The notes under the pieces: model-generated | Seen by the model: the letters and a program-made list of their open reading frames with translations, nothing else | What the model was told of the DNA's origin: nothing | Database searches by the model: none | Made by a program: the position numbers and the translations under genes | Shown: positions 63,877 to 64,000 of the stretch, piece by piece | How positions within the stretch are numbered: position 1 is the first letter of the stretch | Layout of the letters: each line of letters begins with the position of its first letter | DNA from: Promethearchaeota archaeon | GTDB lineage: Archaea > Asgardarchaeota > Thorarchaeia > Thorarchaeales > Thorarchaeaceae | DNA: 64,000 nucleotides | NCBI GenBank assembly: GCA_048939765.1 | Contig: JBHLPF010000001.1 | Span: 46,073-110,072, forward strand | Direction: 5' to 3'

Positions 63877-64000
63877 ATGCCATTTCAAACACTGCTGTCT
63901 GCATTTGTTCTTGTTCTTATCACCGAGATTGGTGACAAGACCATGCTGACAACAATGTGCCTCAGTGCACAGTATAGGAGTCCCGCCGTAGTTCTCATCG
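63877..64000 (+). CDS. GDT1/TMEM165 (UPF0016) family membrane protein, N-terminal fragment; continues beyond the window
   Basis: The translation MPFQTLLSAFVLVLITEIGDKTMLTTMCLSA... contains the E-x-G-D-K-T signature of UPF0016 cation/H+ exchangers. Confidence 0.55.
   Translation, partial: MPFQTLLSAFVLVLITEIGDKTMLTTMCLSAQYRSPAVVLI

Noticed and set aside
1-64000. CRISPR arrays, rRNA genes, integrases, transposases, IS elements
   Set aside because: No regularly spaced direct repeats were seen. No 16S or 23S-like conserved blocks. No ORF with DDE/RNase H-like or tyrosine-recombinase R..H..R..Y motifs. The window appears to be stable chromosomal core.

Overview
This 64 kb window is a gene-dense archaeal chromosomal segment. 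Roughly 60 protein genes are near-tightly packed on both strands, with five tRNA genes and no rRNA or CRISPR array. The content is largely information processing. It includes a replication cluster (Orc1/Cdc6, RFC small and large, probable GINS, MCM, Hel308). It also includes transcription genes (TFB, TFE-alpha, MBF1, a probable Rpo8/Rpb8-like subunit), translation and RNA-modification genes (uS10, NAC, PAN, TruA, Trm11, Trm5, TlyA, LigT), and metabolism genes (PyrG, GlmS, KorA, IorAB, ADP-forming acetyl-CoA synthetase alpha, LKR+SDH saccharopine enzymes, IPK, HypF, GH1 beta-glucosidase). Several eukaryote-signature proteins are present: an Arf-like small GTPase in an operon with a multi-roadblock/LC7 protein, a GPN-loop GTPase, Rpb8-like and NAC. 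These suggest an Asgard-type archaeon, which is an inference from gene content only.

The most notable non-coding structure is at 44.5-44.7 kb. Two inverted origin-recognition-box (ORB) elements with a TCCAGTGGAAA dyad and a GGGG tract flank about 120 bp of AT-rich DNA. This unit is itself bracketed by two copies of a GAACACGTGTTC palindrome. I read it as a candidate replication origin, and it is not next to cdc6. A further ORB copy lies at 40.46 kb. The GAACACGTGTTC palindrome recurs at four promoter-like sites, and a TTGTATTACAA motif recurs about ten times between 44 and 58 kb.

Three of the five tRNAs (Gly-CCC, Glu-CUC, Val-UAC) appear to carry roughly 30-nt introns at non-canonical positions: the T-loop, the D-arm and the variable region. 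tRNA-Pro carries a canonical one.

A cluster at 22.6-34.5 kb combines a FlaI/VirB11-family secretion ATPase that has a Cys-rich N-terminal extension, a small pilin-like membrane protein, and two paralogous heavily N-glycosylated surface proteins. It also holds a 1258-aa membrane-anchored HerA/VirB4-superfamily ATPase with a roughly 500-aa uncharacterised C-terminal region. This looks like an undescribed surface, DNA-transfer or secretion apparatus and is the best candidate for a novel system.

All functional calls rest on motifs read by eye. No database search was possible.
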